Shown here one piece after another: positions 27,555 to 37,347 of a DNA stretch of 64,000 nt. The stretch lies in the sequence record NC_029091.1, one strand, 5' to 3'. The notes beneath the pieces were generated by a model. That model had not been told where the DNA came from, did no database searches, and saw nothing but the letters and a program-made list of their open reading frames with translations. Numbering within the stretch: position 1 is the first letter of the stretch; each line of letters starts with the position of its first letter. This DNA is from Escherichia phage APCEc01. The position numbers were made by a program, and so were the translations under genes.

Positions 27555-28082
27555 ATGAACGCTAAAGATATTTTCAACCTGGTAAATTATAACGACGGTA
27601 AATTTAAATCTGAAGCACAAAGCAAGTTCTTTAATGACGTTGCTTATGGTAACGAGATTACCGTGGACGGAGGTCAGATTTTCAAATCTCGCTGGAATTG
27701 GATTGTTATCATCGATTCAGTTGGAATTGTGGAAGTCTACAAAAACACTAACAAAAAACGTACATTATTCTGGTCTCGTGAAACTAACGAGCAGTACAAA
27801 AAGGATAAAGCATCTCGTTTATCCAAAGTAACCCAGGAAGATATCGAGTTTATCAAGAAAGATATCGAGATGTACGAAAATTTAATCGCTGAAGACCAGG
27901 CAGTACTCGATAAGTTTGATGAAATTAAAGCTTCTCGTGAAATCCCTGACTTCATGAAAGAAACAGTAAACGAACGATACGCTCTCACTTCAGAACGTAT
28001 TGCAAACTATACAAAACAGAAAGCAGAACGTATTAGTACTCTTCGGAAATTTGAAGAACGTTTAAAGACGGTTCACGCATAA
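27555..28082 (+). CDS. hypothetical protein
   Basis: 175 aa; CTGGAGG RBS. Confidence 0.5.
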   Translation: MNAKDIFNLVNYNDGKFKSEAQSKFFNDVAYGNEITVDGGQIFKSRWNWIVIIDSVGIVEVYKNTNKKRTLFWSRETNEQYKKDKASRLSKVTQEDIEFIKKDIEMYENLIAEDQAVLDKFDEIKASREIPDFMKETVNERYALTSERIANYTKQKAERISTLRKFEERLKTVHA

Positions 28083-28109
28083 ACGCTTTACCCAAGGACG
28101 GGTTATAAT
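28082..28109 (+). promoter_or_regulatory. candidate MotA-dependent middle promoter
   Basis: ACGCTTTA (MotA-box-like, one mismatch to TGCTTtA) 13 nt upstream of TATAAT at 28104. Confidence 0.35.
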
Positions 28110-28144
28110 GGTTTTGAGTTCCAATTCAATCTGAGGAAATAGTT

Positions 28145-29140
28145 ATGAGCATTACATCTGATGCGGTAAAACATGAAATTAACGGTTTATGTGCTTCACA
28201 GATTAAAGTATGGTTTAAAGACCATAACGATCGCAGAGCACTTAATTATGAGCAAATTGCTATCCAAGTTCATCAATTACTGACTAGTAAATTTGATTTT
28301 CATATGCCGTCTGAAATCTATACTAATCTGCCGCGAGCACTTATTAAAGCGTGTAAAGGTTATGGAAAATCAATGGCTGATGGAATCTTCAGCGCGCTGA
28401 ATAAACTTAACGTTCTGTCGATGATTAACTCTAACAACATCCTGCGTAATCTAGGACGTACTGATTTGTTCGGCCGTGAACAGGGTAAAATGCCTTTGAA
28501 ATGGATTGTTGCTCATCTTAACGAGAACCAAACACGTTTTATGGCCGTAACAGCACGTTTACAAATGGGCCTAGATCGTCAGATGAACTTTAAAACTCAT
28601 CCATGTTATTCAGGTTCAACAAACTTTTATAAATGTGAGCTTCAAAAGGTCGGTGGCAAAACCGTCTTAGTAGTTCGTGTAACGTTTGAAGGACGACGTC
28701 AAGGATATTTTGACATAATCGGCTCTGGACTTAAACATTGTGGATTTATCGACGAAGTTGATATCAAGCGAGACGGCGTTGGATACCGTATTGGGTATGT
28801 TTGTACTCTTAAAGAAGAGATTTCAGGACCAGCTCCAGGACTAAAAGACGTTAGATATAAAGACGAGCTCGTTGAAGAAATAAAAGAAGTTGAATATGAT
28901 ATCAACCAAGAAGATGCTCTTAAAGACCTTATTGATGAACTGAACCAAGACGTTATTCCGGTTCAGAAATTTGAATCAAAACATGCTGAGCAAATCAAAT
29001 ACTTTGAAGCTTTGATTAACGAACTTAATGTAACTATTCAACAGACTGACGATGAAATCTCACGATTAGCAGGCTTAAACGGTAAAAATAAAACAGAACG
29101 AGCTAATCTTATTCAAGTAGTAAAACTTCTTAAGGAATGA
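28145..29140 (+). CDS. hypothetical protein with C-terminal coiled coil
   Basis: 331 aa. Confidence 0.5.
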   Translation: MSITSDAVKHEINGLCASQIKVWFKDHNDRRALNYEQIAIQVHQLLTSKFDFHMPSEIYTNLPRALIKACKGYGKSMADGIFSALNKLNVLSMINSNNILRNLGRTDLFGREQGKMPLKWIVAHLNENQTRFMAVTARLQMGLDRQMNFKTHPCYSGSTNFYKCELQKVGGKTVLVVRVTFEGRRQGYFDIIGSGLKHCGFIDEVDIKRDGVGYRIGYVCTLKEEISGPAPGLKDVRYKDELVEEIKEVEYDINQEDALKDLIDELNQDVIPVQKFESKHAEQIKYFEALINELNVTIQQTDDEISRLAGLNGKNKTERANLIQVVKLLKE

Positions 29141-29170
29141 TGTACAACCAAGGATGGTTGGAGTATAATA
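29141..29170 (+). promoter_or_regulatory. early promoter (PeSL type), duplicate of element at 30135
   Basis: TGTACA, then ACCAAGGATGGTTGGAG hairpin, then TATAAT at 29164. Confidence 0.55.
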
Positions 29171-29195
29171 AATTTTTCAACATGAGGAATATAAA

Positions 29196-30131
29196 ATGGC
29201 TTTTATTACACGTAGAGAACTTATCAAAGAATTTACCTCGAACGCATATACTCCAGGACCTAATCCTATCCGTATGCCTGTAAAGACTCCTGAAGAGATT
29301 GAGGAAATCTGTTCGTATTATGGGATTAATTCTCGTAAGTTTACTCAATTTGAATGCGTTACTAACACACCCGTTAAAGAGTTCATTAAAAATGGCGAGT
29401 TCAGCCGTTTATTGGCCAAACAGAAACTTCGTAATTTTTGTATTGGCGGTGAAGGACAATATTTCGCTAAGCAGTTCCGGAATAACCTTAACAATCTGAT
29501 GGCCATTGCTTCTCGTATTCGTCCTCAAGCAATTAACATGAAACATTTGAAATATACTTACGATAAGTTGGAAATCATGGTTATCAGTGAGAACGAGTTC
29601 ACTCTCACGTATAAACCTAAGAATGATAACGTTGCTCGTGTATTCCACCAAGCGTTGGAAGTGTTAGGTGATAATATTCACCAGATTAAAGCAATTTATT
29701 CTCGTGAGCTTAATATTATCAACCCTATCAAGAATAAGGGCCATATCGCTATCCAGGCTCGTGTATCTATTGGTAAAAAGGTTCCTGCGCCATGGTGGCA
29801 CAAAGACTCTGAATACTATCAAAATCTTAAAAAGGAAAATGCAACGTTCGAAGCGTCAATTACTGCAACCCCAATTGGCCATGCTGAAGTTCTAGGTGCA
29901 TATTCTACTGCTCCATCTATACACATTTCACCGTCGACTAAACTGGAAATCTCTAACGGTCTTCTTCCTGCCGAAGATTACCATTATAATCAAATCAAGG
30001 CCACTGTAGACCAACTATCCGTTGAACTTGACAAAGCACAAGCTAAGCTTCGTGATGCTCAACAAGTAGTTACCAAGCTCCAGTTGCAGTACTCTAAACT
30101 TTTTAACGCAATGAATGCGTTAAAATCATAA
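29196..30131 (+). CDS. hypothetical protein with C-terminal coiled coil
   Basis: 311 aa. Confidence 0.5.
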   Translation: MAFITRRELIKEFTSNAYTPGPNPIRMPVKTPEEIEEICSYYGINSRKFTQFECVTNTPVKEFIKNGEFSRLLAKQKLRNFCIGGEGQYFAKQFRNNLNNLMAIASRIRPQAINMKHLKYTYDKLEIMVISENEFTLTYKPKNDNVARVFHQALEVLGDNIHQIKAIYSRELNIINPIKNKGHIAIQARVSIGKKVPAPWWHKDSEYYQNLKKENATFEASITATPIGHAEVLGAYSTAPSIHISPSTKLEISNGLLPAEDYHYNQIKATVDQLSVELDKAQAKLRDAQQVVTKLQLQYSKLFNAMNALKS

Positions 30132-30134
30132 ATC

Positions 30135-30166
30135 AGTTTACAACCAAGGATGGTTGGAGTATAATA
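30135..30166 (+). promoter_or_regulatory. early promoter (PeSL type), duplicate of element at 29141
   Basis: GTTTACAACCAAGGATGGTTGGAGTATAAT; same 26-bp core as at 29141. Confidence 0.55.
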
Positions 30167-30193
30167 AATTTATCTTAACGAGAGGAAAATATT

Positions 30194-31144
30194 ATGACAC
30201 GTTCACATTACATTGAATACTTTGCAGGTCTTATCGCTAACGTTCATGCCCAACGTGCTTCTGGTGTACTAGGATTTGATGTTCCACACCGAGATGTAGT
30301 AAGTGGTATTCTTCGAGATTTTGGTACATACATAGGCCAAGAAAATCATATCTGTAAAGATACTCAAAATGCATATTCTCATTCATTAGGGACACTGCTT
30401 CAATGGTTCAAACGTTCTCGTTTATTATCTTCTACTGTAGCTCGCGATAACATTAAAAACTTTATGAAGCCGAGCTTCATTAAATCTGTGACATCTAAAA
30501 CCGATTTGGTTGAATTCACTATTGTTAATGATGTTAAAAAGACTCATTTGGCTGATTGGTTATCTACCATTCCTGAAACTAAATTTGCTGATAAATTTGC
30601 TTGTGAATTCAATAACCAAGTGAATATGCTTTTTAAACATTCTCGTAAATTATTCACAGGCGGCGATGATCGTACAAATACAGTTCATGCTAAAGATTGG
30701 GTTACTGCAGTGTTCAAACCAACCGGTAATGGTACCGCATCATTATCAATTGATATTCAGGTTCCTTATTATTACTCACGTAATCTCGGCACCATGAAAG
30801 CTGAAGAAATTAAGAAGCACAATAAAACCATTCGTTCGCTGTCTTATAAACTTCGCATGATGTTAAGAGTCATGGACGTGGTAGAAATGTATGATGAAAC
30901 CGAAGATAATGGTTCAATGTTATACAGTTCTCGCATTCAAATTAAGTTGAAGAACCCTAACGAGTATAAGCCTAAGCCTATTAAAGAGCCTAAAGCAGAA
31001 AAAGTTGATAACTTAAGAGAAGAACGCGAATATCTCAAATCTCGTCTGAAAGAAGTCGAAGCCCAGATTGCAGAACAAACTAAATCGTTAAAAGCTCTGA
31101 ATGCGAAAGCGGATGGTTTACGAAATGCCATTGAGGTGTTATAA
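30194..31144 (+). CDS. hypothetical protein with C-terminal coiled coil
   Basis: 316 aa. Confidence 0.5.
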   Translation: MTRSHYIEYFAGLIANVHAQRASGVLGFDVPHRDVVSGILRDFGTYIGQENHICKDTQNAYSHSLGTLLQWFKRSRLLSSTVARDNIKNFMKPSFIKSVTSKTDLVEFTIVNDVKKTHLADWLSTIPETKFADKFACEFNNQVNMLFKHSRKLFTGGDDRTNTVHAKDWVTAVFKPTGNGTASLSIDIQVPYYYSRNLGTMKAEEIKKHNKTIRSLSYKLRMMLRVMDVVEMYDETEDNGSMLYSSRIQIKLKNPNEYKPKPIKEPKAEKVDNLREEREYLKSRLKEVEAQIAEQTKSLKALNAKADGLRNAIEVL

Positions 31145-31449
31145 TGAAACTACGTCTTTTAGAGGATATTGATATGAGCACTAATCATGGCTTGGTTAAG
31201 TTTATTGACGATAGTTCAAAGATTGAATTTGTTCAGCGAGATAAAATCCACGGTGAAGAAGAGTTTGTTCCTCCGGCATGGAACGAAATAATGAAAATGG
31301 TTGAACGACGTGAAAATGCTGCCAAATCGGCAGCAAAACATCCATGCCCGGAATGTGGAACTATCCAAGTCCAACTGGTTAACTGGACAACTGATAACTT
31401 GAAATTGAAATGCCGTAAATGCTTCCACAAATTTGAGAGAACATTATAA
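31144..31449 (+). CDS. zinc-ribbon protein
   Basis: 101 aa with CPECG...CRKC. Confidence 0.45.
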   Translation: MKLRLLEDIDMSTNHGLVKFIDDSSKIEFVQRDKIHGEEEFVPPAWNEIMKMVERRENAAKSAAKHPCPECGTIQVQLVNWTTDNLKLKCRKCFHKFERTL

Positions 31450-31862
31450 TGAGATATAGCCTTCGTTGTTTTATCGCAGCTTTAGTTTTTGCTATTATTC
31501 CATTCATTTGGAACAGCCAGAATACTTACATGGAAACTAAAGTAATTCCTGTGGAGGTAGTGGAATTAATCTCAGGCCAATCTACAGGAAAATATTCTAA
31601 ATTAGAATTTATTGCAGTCTATAAAGATGAGCAAGGACGAGTTTTTGACAGGCATGTATCACCGTCGTTTTATACGCTTCTGAATAAAGGTGATACGATA
31701 GCTATAGAAATTCGTGAGATGGATATCAAACAAACTACTAAAGATAACTTGATTTGGTTCTTTGGTACGGTGTTGTTGGTTTCTATCTGTATCACAGGTT
31801 TTATTACATGTATTGTATTTGGCGTTGCATATTTAATCGATGAAAGGAAAAATAATGTTTAA
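31449..31862 (+). CDS. membrane protein
   Basis: 137 aa; N- and C-terminal hydrophobic helices. Confidence 0.45.
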   Translation: MRYSLRCFIAALVFAIIPFIWNSQNTYMETKVIPVEVVELISGQSTGKYSKLEFIAVYKDEQGRVFDRHVSPSFYTLLNKGDTIAIEIREMDIKQTTKDNLIWFFGTVLLVSICITGFITCIVFGVAYLIDERKNNV

Positions 31863-32118
31863 AGTGTACGGGTATGACTCTACTATTCATAAATGCGTTT
31901 ATTGTGATAATGCGAAACGATTGCTGACTGTTAAGAAACAGCCATTCGAATTCATTAATGTTATGCCAGAAAAAGGTGTGTTCGACGATGAGAAAATTAC
32001 TGAGCTTCTGACTAAGCTCGGGCGTGAAACAAAAGTCGGATTGACAATGCCACAGGTATTTGCTCCTGATGGAACTTTGATCGGCGGATTTGACCAACTG
32101 CGAGAATATTTTAAATGA
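31855..32118 (+). CDS. nrdC: thioredoxin/glutaredoxin NrdC
   Basis: ATG 31855; MFKVYGYDSTIHKCVYCDNAKRLL... with CVYC active site; 87 aa as T4 NrdC. Confidence 0.85.
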   Translation: MFKVYGYDSTIHKCVYCDNAKRLLTVKKQPFEFINVMPEKGVFDDEKITELLTKLGRETKVGLTMPQVFAPDGTLIGGFDQLREYFK

Positions 32119-32411
32119 GTATTGATTTAACTTTCCCGGGCCCTTATGACCTGGGTGAATTAGAAGCTTTATTATATCAAGAAATGTGCTCTCGTGCTAA
32201 GAACGATATTCAGTATGCTATCGATAATCCATGGGGTGAATTTCGTATATTAATGGGTAATCGAATCATCGGTGTCCAATGGCGATTCGTTGGCCTTGAG
32301 CCTGAGGACTATGAAGAAAACGAGCACGGTGACTGGATTCCTGTTGGTGAATACCACTGGGAATACGGTGGTCCTGATTTTGAAGTCTCTTGTTCATGGG
32401 TAGAACAATAA
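32115..32411 (+). CDS. hypothetical acidic protein
   Basis: 98 aa; ATGA overlap with nrdC. Confidence 0.45.
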   Translation: MSIDLTFPGPYDLGELEALLYQEMCSRAKNDIQYAIDNPWGEFRILMGNRIIGVQWRFVGLEPEDYEENEHGDWIPVGEYHWEYGGPDFEVSCSWVEQ

Positions 32412-32429
32412 CCTGCGAGAAAATTTTAA

Positions 32430-32786
32430 ATGACATATTCATTAAATCTTAAAGATTTCCAAGATGTATACGAAGTTTGTGCCAATGAACTTGGACCTGA
32501 TGCTCCAACTATTATTGAAGTTTTAAATGTGCTCCCTTCATCATTAGCTTACGAAGCCAAATCATGGGGTTGGAACGACACTGTCGTTCGTGATGACCTT
32601 TACGTCCTGATGAACGATATGATGGTTAAAAAGGCAGAACCGGTTGCGCCAATGGTTACCATTACCGTTGAAGAATATAATCGCCTGCAAGCCATTGAAG
32701 AGCTTCTGTGGAACATTGAATGTGACCTGCCGTCAGGGCTAGAATCCTGGATTGATTATGAAGAGCTCAATAAACTCCGGGGTTAA
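32430..32786 (+). CDS. hypothetical protein
   Basis: 118 aa. Confidence 0.45.
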   Translation: MTYSLNLKDFQDVYEVCANELGPDAPTIIEVLNVLPSSLAYEAKSWGWNDTVVRDDLYVLMNDMMVKKAEPVAPMVTITVEEYNRLQAIEELLWNIECDLPSGLESWIDYEELNKLRG

Positions 32787-32914
32787 ACCGTGGTATTCTG
32801 CTCGATGGGAGACTGTCGAGCCAGACGTCGAAACGGTTTACAACGACGAAGAACCATGTTATGATGAACCTTCAATAAATGAATTAATTGATATGGAAAT
32901 GGGAAGAGATTATT

Positions 32915-33085
32915 ATGCAAGTTAAATTATTGTACCGTTTATTAAAAAATGGCAAACACGATTGGTATTTGCTTATTAAAACCGATCCGAATTTTTTCTC
33001 TGGACAACCATTTACAGTTCGTCCTACTAAACGTCAGCTTCGCAAAGCTAAACGTTCTCATCGTAACTTTTATAGAGAATATTGA
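32915..33085 (+). CDS. small basic protein with C-terminal VRPTKRQLRK tail
   Basis: ATG 32915; 56 aa; C-terminus resembles that of ORF 61315..61527. Confidence 0.35.
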   Translation: MQVKLLYRLLKNGKHDWYLLIKTDPNFFSGQPFTVRPTKRQLRKAKRSHRNFYREY

Positions 33086-33086
33086 T

Positions 33087-33512
33087 ATGAATATTTCTGA
33101 AACTCGCGGTAAATGGTTCAAGATTGTTAAAGAAGATGAAGAACTACAAGTCAAGTTTCCTGAATTAAAGAAAGATACGATCATCAAGGTAATTGGTACT
33201 ACTACCGAAGATGGTTATGGCGACCATGGCATTATTGAAGTGATGTTGTCTACCGGTGAGAAACTTTGCATCTATGACCGTGATACTTCTCTTTGGTGCT
33301 TCTGGGAATCACATTCAATAGATGAACTCGAAGAAATTGATTCGGCTGATATTGCGGATGTGCTAGGTAGTAAACTTGGTGAATTCGAAGGTGAACGAAT
33401 TTCTTATGCATTAGCTAAATTAGCTGGACAAGAAAATAACGACGGCTATGAAGGTAACCTGATGCAAGCAGCCGCAGAATACATTGAATATTTAGAAAGA
33501 CGTTTAAGTTAA
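33087..33512 (+). CDS. hypothetical acidic protein
   Basis: ATG 33087 (MNISETRGKWF); 141 aa. Confidence 0.45.
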   Translation: MNISETRGKWFKIVKEDEELQVKFPELKKDTIIKVIGTTTEDGYGDHGIIEVMLSTGEKLCIYDRDTSLWCFWESHSIDELEEIDSADIADVLGSKLGEFEGERISYALAKLAGQENNDGYEGNLMQAAAEYIEYLERRLS

Positions 33513-33517
33513 TAAAT

Positions 33518-33545
33518 ACCCTTATCTATTTAAGGTAAGGGTTTA
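33518..33545 (+). terminator. candidate weak terminator hairpin
   Basis: ACCCTTA...TAAGGGT stem followed by TTTATC. Confidence 0.3.
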
Positions 33546-33547
33546 TC

Positions 33548-34021
33548 ATGTTATTATCAGGCGCAAAATATAAAGAAGAAAAACAAAAATTTTATGATGC
33601 ACAGAACGGTAAGTGTCCTATTTGCCACCGTGAATTAGACCCTGATGTTCAAGGTAACCATCTTGACCACGACCACGAATTAAACGGGCCAAAAGCCGGT
33701 AGAGTTCGTGGATTACTCTGTAATCTGTGCAACGCAGCAGAAGGCCAAATGAAGCATAAGTTCAATCGTTCCGGTCTTAAAGGACGTGATGTTGACTACC
33801 TCGAATGGCTTGAAGCTCTTCTTGCTTATTTGAAACAAGATTATTCTGATAATAATATCCATCCTAATTTTGTTCCAGACAAAACTAAAGAGTTCTCAAG
33901 ACTAGGTAAAGAGGAAATGATGGCTGAGATGCTTCAAAGAGGATTTGAATATAATGAATCTGACACCAAAACACAGTTAATAGCTTCATTTAAGAAGCAG
34001 CTTAGAAAGAGTTTAAAATGA
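33548..34021 (+). CDS. 49: endonuclease VII (Holliday junction resolvase gp49)
   Basis: MLLSGAKYKEEKQKFYDAQNGKCPICHRELDPDVQGNHLDHDHELNGPKAG... matches T4 EndoVII including Zn-binding Cys; 157 aa. Confidence 0.88.
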   Translation: MLLSGAKYKEEKQKFYDAQNGKCPICHRELDPDVQGNHLDHDHELNGPKAGRVRGLLCNLCNAAEGQMKHKFNRSGLKGRDVDYLEWLEALLAYLKQDYSDNNIHPNFVPDKTKEFSRLGKEEMMAEMLQRGFEYNESDTKTQLIASFKKQLRKSLK

Positions 34022-35835
34022 CAATTGAAAAAGAAATTGAAGGATTGATTCATAAAACTAATAAAGACCTTTTAAACGAGAATGCTAATAAAGATTCTCG
34101 TGTTTTTCCAACTCAACGGGACCTTATGGCTGGTATTGTGTCTAAACACATTGCCAAAAATATGGTCCCGTCTTTTATTATGAAAGCACATGAAAGCGGA
34201 ATTATCCATTTCCACGATATTGATTATTCCCCTGCTCTTCCGTTTACTAATTGCTGTTTAGTCGATTTAAAGGGGATGCTTGAGAACGGATTTAAATTAG
34301 GCAATGCTCAAATTGAAACGCCTAAATCTATTGGCGTTGCTACTGCAATTATGGCACAAATTACTGCACAAGTTGCTTCCCATCAATACGGCGGAACGAC
34401 TTTTGCTAATGTAGATAAAGTACTTTCTCCTTATGTTAAACGCACCTATGCAAAACATATTGAGGATGCAGAAAAATGGCAAATCGCTGATGCGTTAAAT
34501 TATGCTCAATCTAAAACAGAAAAAGACGTATACGATGCATTCCAAGCTTATGAATATGAAGTAAATACTCTCTTTAGTTCAAACGGACAAACGCCTTTTG
34601 TAACAATTACATTTGGTACGGGAACTGACTGGACTGAACGAATGATTCAGAAAGCAATTCTGAAAAATCGTATTAAAGGTCTTGGTCGTGATGGGATAAC
34701 TCCTATTTTTCCTAAACTTGTTATGTTCGTTGAAGAAGGTGTTAATCTTTATAAAGACGATCCGAACTATGATATTAAGCAGCTTGCGTTAGAATGTGCA
34801 AGCAAAAGAATGTATCCTGACATTATTTCGGTTAAGAATAATAAAGCTATCACCGGCTCATCTATTCCTGTTTCTCCAATGGGTTGTCGTAGTTTCTTGA
34901 GTGCATGGAAAGATTCAACTGGAAATGAAATTCTTGACGGTCGTAATAATCTTGGCGTTGTAACACTGAATCTTCCTCGTATAGCATTAGATTCTTATAT
35001 TGGAACACAGTTCAATGAACAGAAATTTGTTGAGCTATTTAACGAACGAATGGACCTGTGTTTTGAAGCCTTGATGTGTAGAATTAGTTCCTTAAAAGGA
35101 GTTAAAGCGACTGTTGCTCCTATTCTTTACCAAGAAGGTGCATTCGGGGTTCGTCTTAAACCTGATGACGACATAATTGAGTTATTTAAAAACGGTAGAA
35201 GTTCAGTGTCTTTAGGATACATTGGTATTCACGAATTGAATATTCTTGTCGGTCGTGATATTGGGCAAGAAATTTTAACTAAAATGAATGCTCATCTTAA
35301 ACAGTGGTCCGAAAGAACTGGATTTGCTTTTAGTTTGTATTCTACTCCTGCTGAAAACCTTTGTTACAGCTTCTGTAAACTTGATACAGAAAAATATGGA
35401 AGTGTAAAGGATGTTACTGATAAAGGTTGGTACACTAATAGTTTCCATGTTTCAGTAGAAGAAAATATTACTCCGTTTGAAAAGATTTCTCGTGAAGCGC
35501 CATATCATTTCATAGCGACAGGTGGTCACATTTCTTATGTTGAACTTCCAGATATGAAAAACAATTTAAAGGGACTTGAGGCCGTCTGGGATTATGCTGC
35601 ACAACATTTAGATTATTTTGGTGTTAATATGCCAGTGGATAAATGTTTTACATGTGGAAGTACCCATGAAATGACTCCTACTGAAAACGGATTTGTTTGT
35701 TCTATTTGTGGAGAAACTGATCCTAAAAAGATGAACACAATAAGAAGAACATGTGGTTATTTGGGAAATCCGAACGAACGCGGATTTAATCTCGGTAAAA
35801 ATAAAGAAATCATGCATAGGGTTAAACACCAATGA
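34018..35835 (+). CDS. nrdD: anaerobic ribonucleoside-triphosphate reductase NrdD
   Basis: 605 aa; C-terminal Cys cluster CFTCGSTHEM...CSICG and glycine-radical region; continuous ORF (no intron). Confidence 0.9.
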   Translation: MTIEKEIEGLIHKTNKDLLNENANKDSRVFPTQRDLMAGIVSKHIAKNMVPSFIMKAHESGIIHFHDIDYSPALPFTNCCLVDLKGMLENGFKLGNAQIETPKSIGVATAIMAQITAQVASHQYGGTTFANVDKVLSPYVKRTYAKHIEDAEKWQIADALNYAQSKTEKDVYDAFQAYEYEVNTLFSSNGQTPFVTITFGTGTDWTERMIQKAILKNRIKGLGRDGITPIFPKLVMFVEEGVNLYKDDPNYDIKQLALECASKRMYPDIISVKNNKAITGSSIPVSPMGCRSFLSAWKDSTGNEILDGRNNLGVVTLNLPRIALDSYIGTQFNEQKFVELFNERMDLCFEALMCRISSLKGVKATVAPILYQEGAFGVRLKPDDDIIELFKNGRSSVSLGYIGIHELNILVGRDIGQEILTKMNAHLKQWSERTGFAFSLYSTPAENLCYSFCKLDTEKYGSVKDVTDKGWYTNSFHVSVEENITPFEKISREAPYHFIATGGHISYVELPDMKNNLKGLEAVWDYAAQHLDYFGVNMPVDKCFTCGSTHEMTPTENGFVCSICGETDPKKMNTIRRTCGYLGNPNERGFNLGKNKEIMHRVKHQ

Positions 35836-36302
35836 ATTATGATAGATTTTATCCTTGCGATTTTGTGAATGGCCCTGGATGCAGGGTCGTTCTTTTCGTT
35901 ACGGGTTGTTTGCATAAATGCGAAGGGTGTTATAATAAATCAACATGGAATGCTAGAAATGGTGTTCCATTCACTGGTGAAACACTAGAACAATTAATTG
36001 AATGTTTGAATAATGATTATATAGAAGGATTAACTATAACCGGAGGTGACCCTCTCTATCCTGATAACCGAGATGTTATTCATTGCATTGCTCAAACAGT
36101 AAAAAATCTTTATCCCAATAAAAGCATTTGGTTGTGGACAGGATATAAGTTTGAAGATATTAAACAACTAGAAATGCTTAAATATGTTGATGTTATTATT
36201 GATGGGAAGTATGAGAAAAATCTTCCGACTAAAAAGCTGTGGCGAGGATCAGATAATCAGCGACTTTGGTCAAATACCGATGGGGTGTGGAAACATGATT
36301 AA
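35832..36302 (+). CDS. nrdG: anaerobic ribonucleotide reductase activating protein NrdG (radical SAM)
   Basis: 156 aa; N-terminal Cys-rich radical SAM-type motif GCLHKCEGCYN; ATGA overlap with nrdD. Confidence 0.85.
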   Translation: MNYDRFYPCDFVNGPGCRVVLFVTGCLHKCEGCYNKSTWNARNGVPFTGETLEQLIECLNNDYIEGLTITGGDPLYPDNRDVIHCIAQTVKNLYPNKSIWLWTGYKFEDIKQLEMLKYVDVIIDGKYEKNLPTKKLWRGSDNQRLWSNTDGVWKHD

Positions 36303-36412
36303 ATTGAATTACATTATGGATACTATAAATGATATGATTTTTCGTTTTGGTCCAGAATTTTATTCGCAATATAGTTTAATGATTATCAATGTTTAGTTAA
36401 TTAAGGGTAAAT

Positions 36413-36628
36413 ATGTACAAATTTCGTAAAGGTTTAGCTGATTTTCTTACATCTGTAACGTTCTTTTTGTTTATGGCAGTTGGAGCTATTTTTCTTATTC
36501 CTTTTACTGGTGTATTTTTCGTGATTAGTTTAATTTCTCCAGAAAAGGGTTTATCCTCCAGCGAATTCAATGAACGTTTGGACAAAATTACTAATAAACT
36601 GAATTCTGTTCTTGATAAAAAGGCTTAA
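36413..36628 (+). CDS. small membrane protein
   Basis: 71 aa, two TM segments. Confidence 0.45.
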   Translation: MYKFRKGLADFLTSVTFFLFMAVGAIFLIPFTGVFFVISLISPEKGLSSSEFNERLDKITNKLNSVLDKKA

Positions 36629-36630
36629 TT

Positions 36631-36948
36631 ATGATTAGTTTTGAGCGGTATGTAGTAGAGAGTTGGAATGGTTTTGATATGTTCGGTAATGACTATTATT
36701 TCTATGAATGTAGTCTGAACCCAAGCTTCTGGGCTGGACGTGAACAAGACCTCGAAGAAATCAACGCTCGTGCCGATTTGTTAGGTGAACTGCCTACGGT
36801 TTATTTTACCTTTGATGAATCCGGCTTCGTTATCCAGGTTTATTTTCCTGAAGAAAACTCTGGTGAGGATTCTGTTAATCCTCCTTATTGGGCTTACCAA
36901 GGAATTATTTCTCGTGGAACAAAACTCGAACTTAAAGAACAAGATTGA
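36631..36948 (+). CDS. hypothetical acidic protein
   Basis: 105 aa. Confidence 0.45.
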   Translation: MISFERYVVESWNGFDMFGNDYYFYECSLNPSFWAGREQDLEEINARADLLGELPTVYFTFDESGFVIQVYFPEENSGEDSVNPPYWAYQGIISRGTKLELKEQD

Positions 36949-37237
36949 AATTTATGGCATCCCTGAAGAAGTAGGACGTTGTCCAGGATGTTATGCTGTT
37001 ACAAAACTTTTAAAGGATCTCAATGCTCCTTATACATTTTATAAAGTCCTCACTAATAATGGTAAGATTGAATATGACCGTCCTTTAATCGTATCTCTTG
37101 CTAAACGTGCAGGATTCACTTCACTTAATATTCGTTATCCTGTCATATTTTTAAATGATAAGAAACAAAAGAATATTGCAGAGTTTAAAAAGTCCTTGAT
37201 TTCATTAGGATATGACTCTGATATCATAGAAGATTGA
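36914..37237 (+). CDS. nrdH: glutaredoxin-like protein (NrdH-like); start uncertain
   Basis: C-terminal 95 aa contain KIEIYGIPEEVGRCPGCYAVTK redoxin motif; no in-frame ATG near the domain, candidate GTG 36914; 5' part of track ORF 36785 overlaps the previous gene in another frame. Confidence 0.5.
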   Translation: MEQNSNLKNKIEIYGIPEEVGRCPGCYAVTKLLKDLNAPYTFYKVLTNNGKIEYDRPLIVSLAKRAGFTSLNIRYPVIFLNDKKQKNIAEFKKSLISLGYDSDIIED

Positions 37238-37260
37238 CCAGGTGCCGCCTGGTCTTCTTT
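37236..37260 (+). terminator. rho-independent terminator
   Basis: GACCAGG-TGCCG-CCTGGTC hairpin followed by TTCTTT; overlaps the nrdH-like stop. Confidence 0.55.
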
Positions 37261-37347
37261 ATCTCATTTCTAATATAATCCATTGGAATCTTCACTTCAC
37301 TATCTCCTTGTGCCCCTCTCAAATCAAAAAATATTTTCATAAAACCA

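Noticed and set aside
34018-35835. Group I intron or homing endonuclease in nrdD
   Set aside because: nrdD is one uninterrupted 605-aa frame with conserved C-terminal motifs; no internal ORF or structured insert seen.
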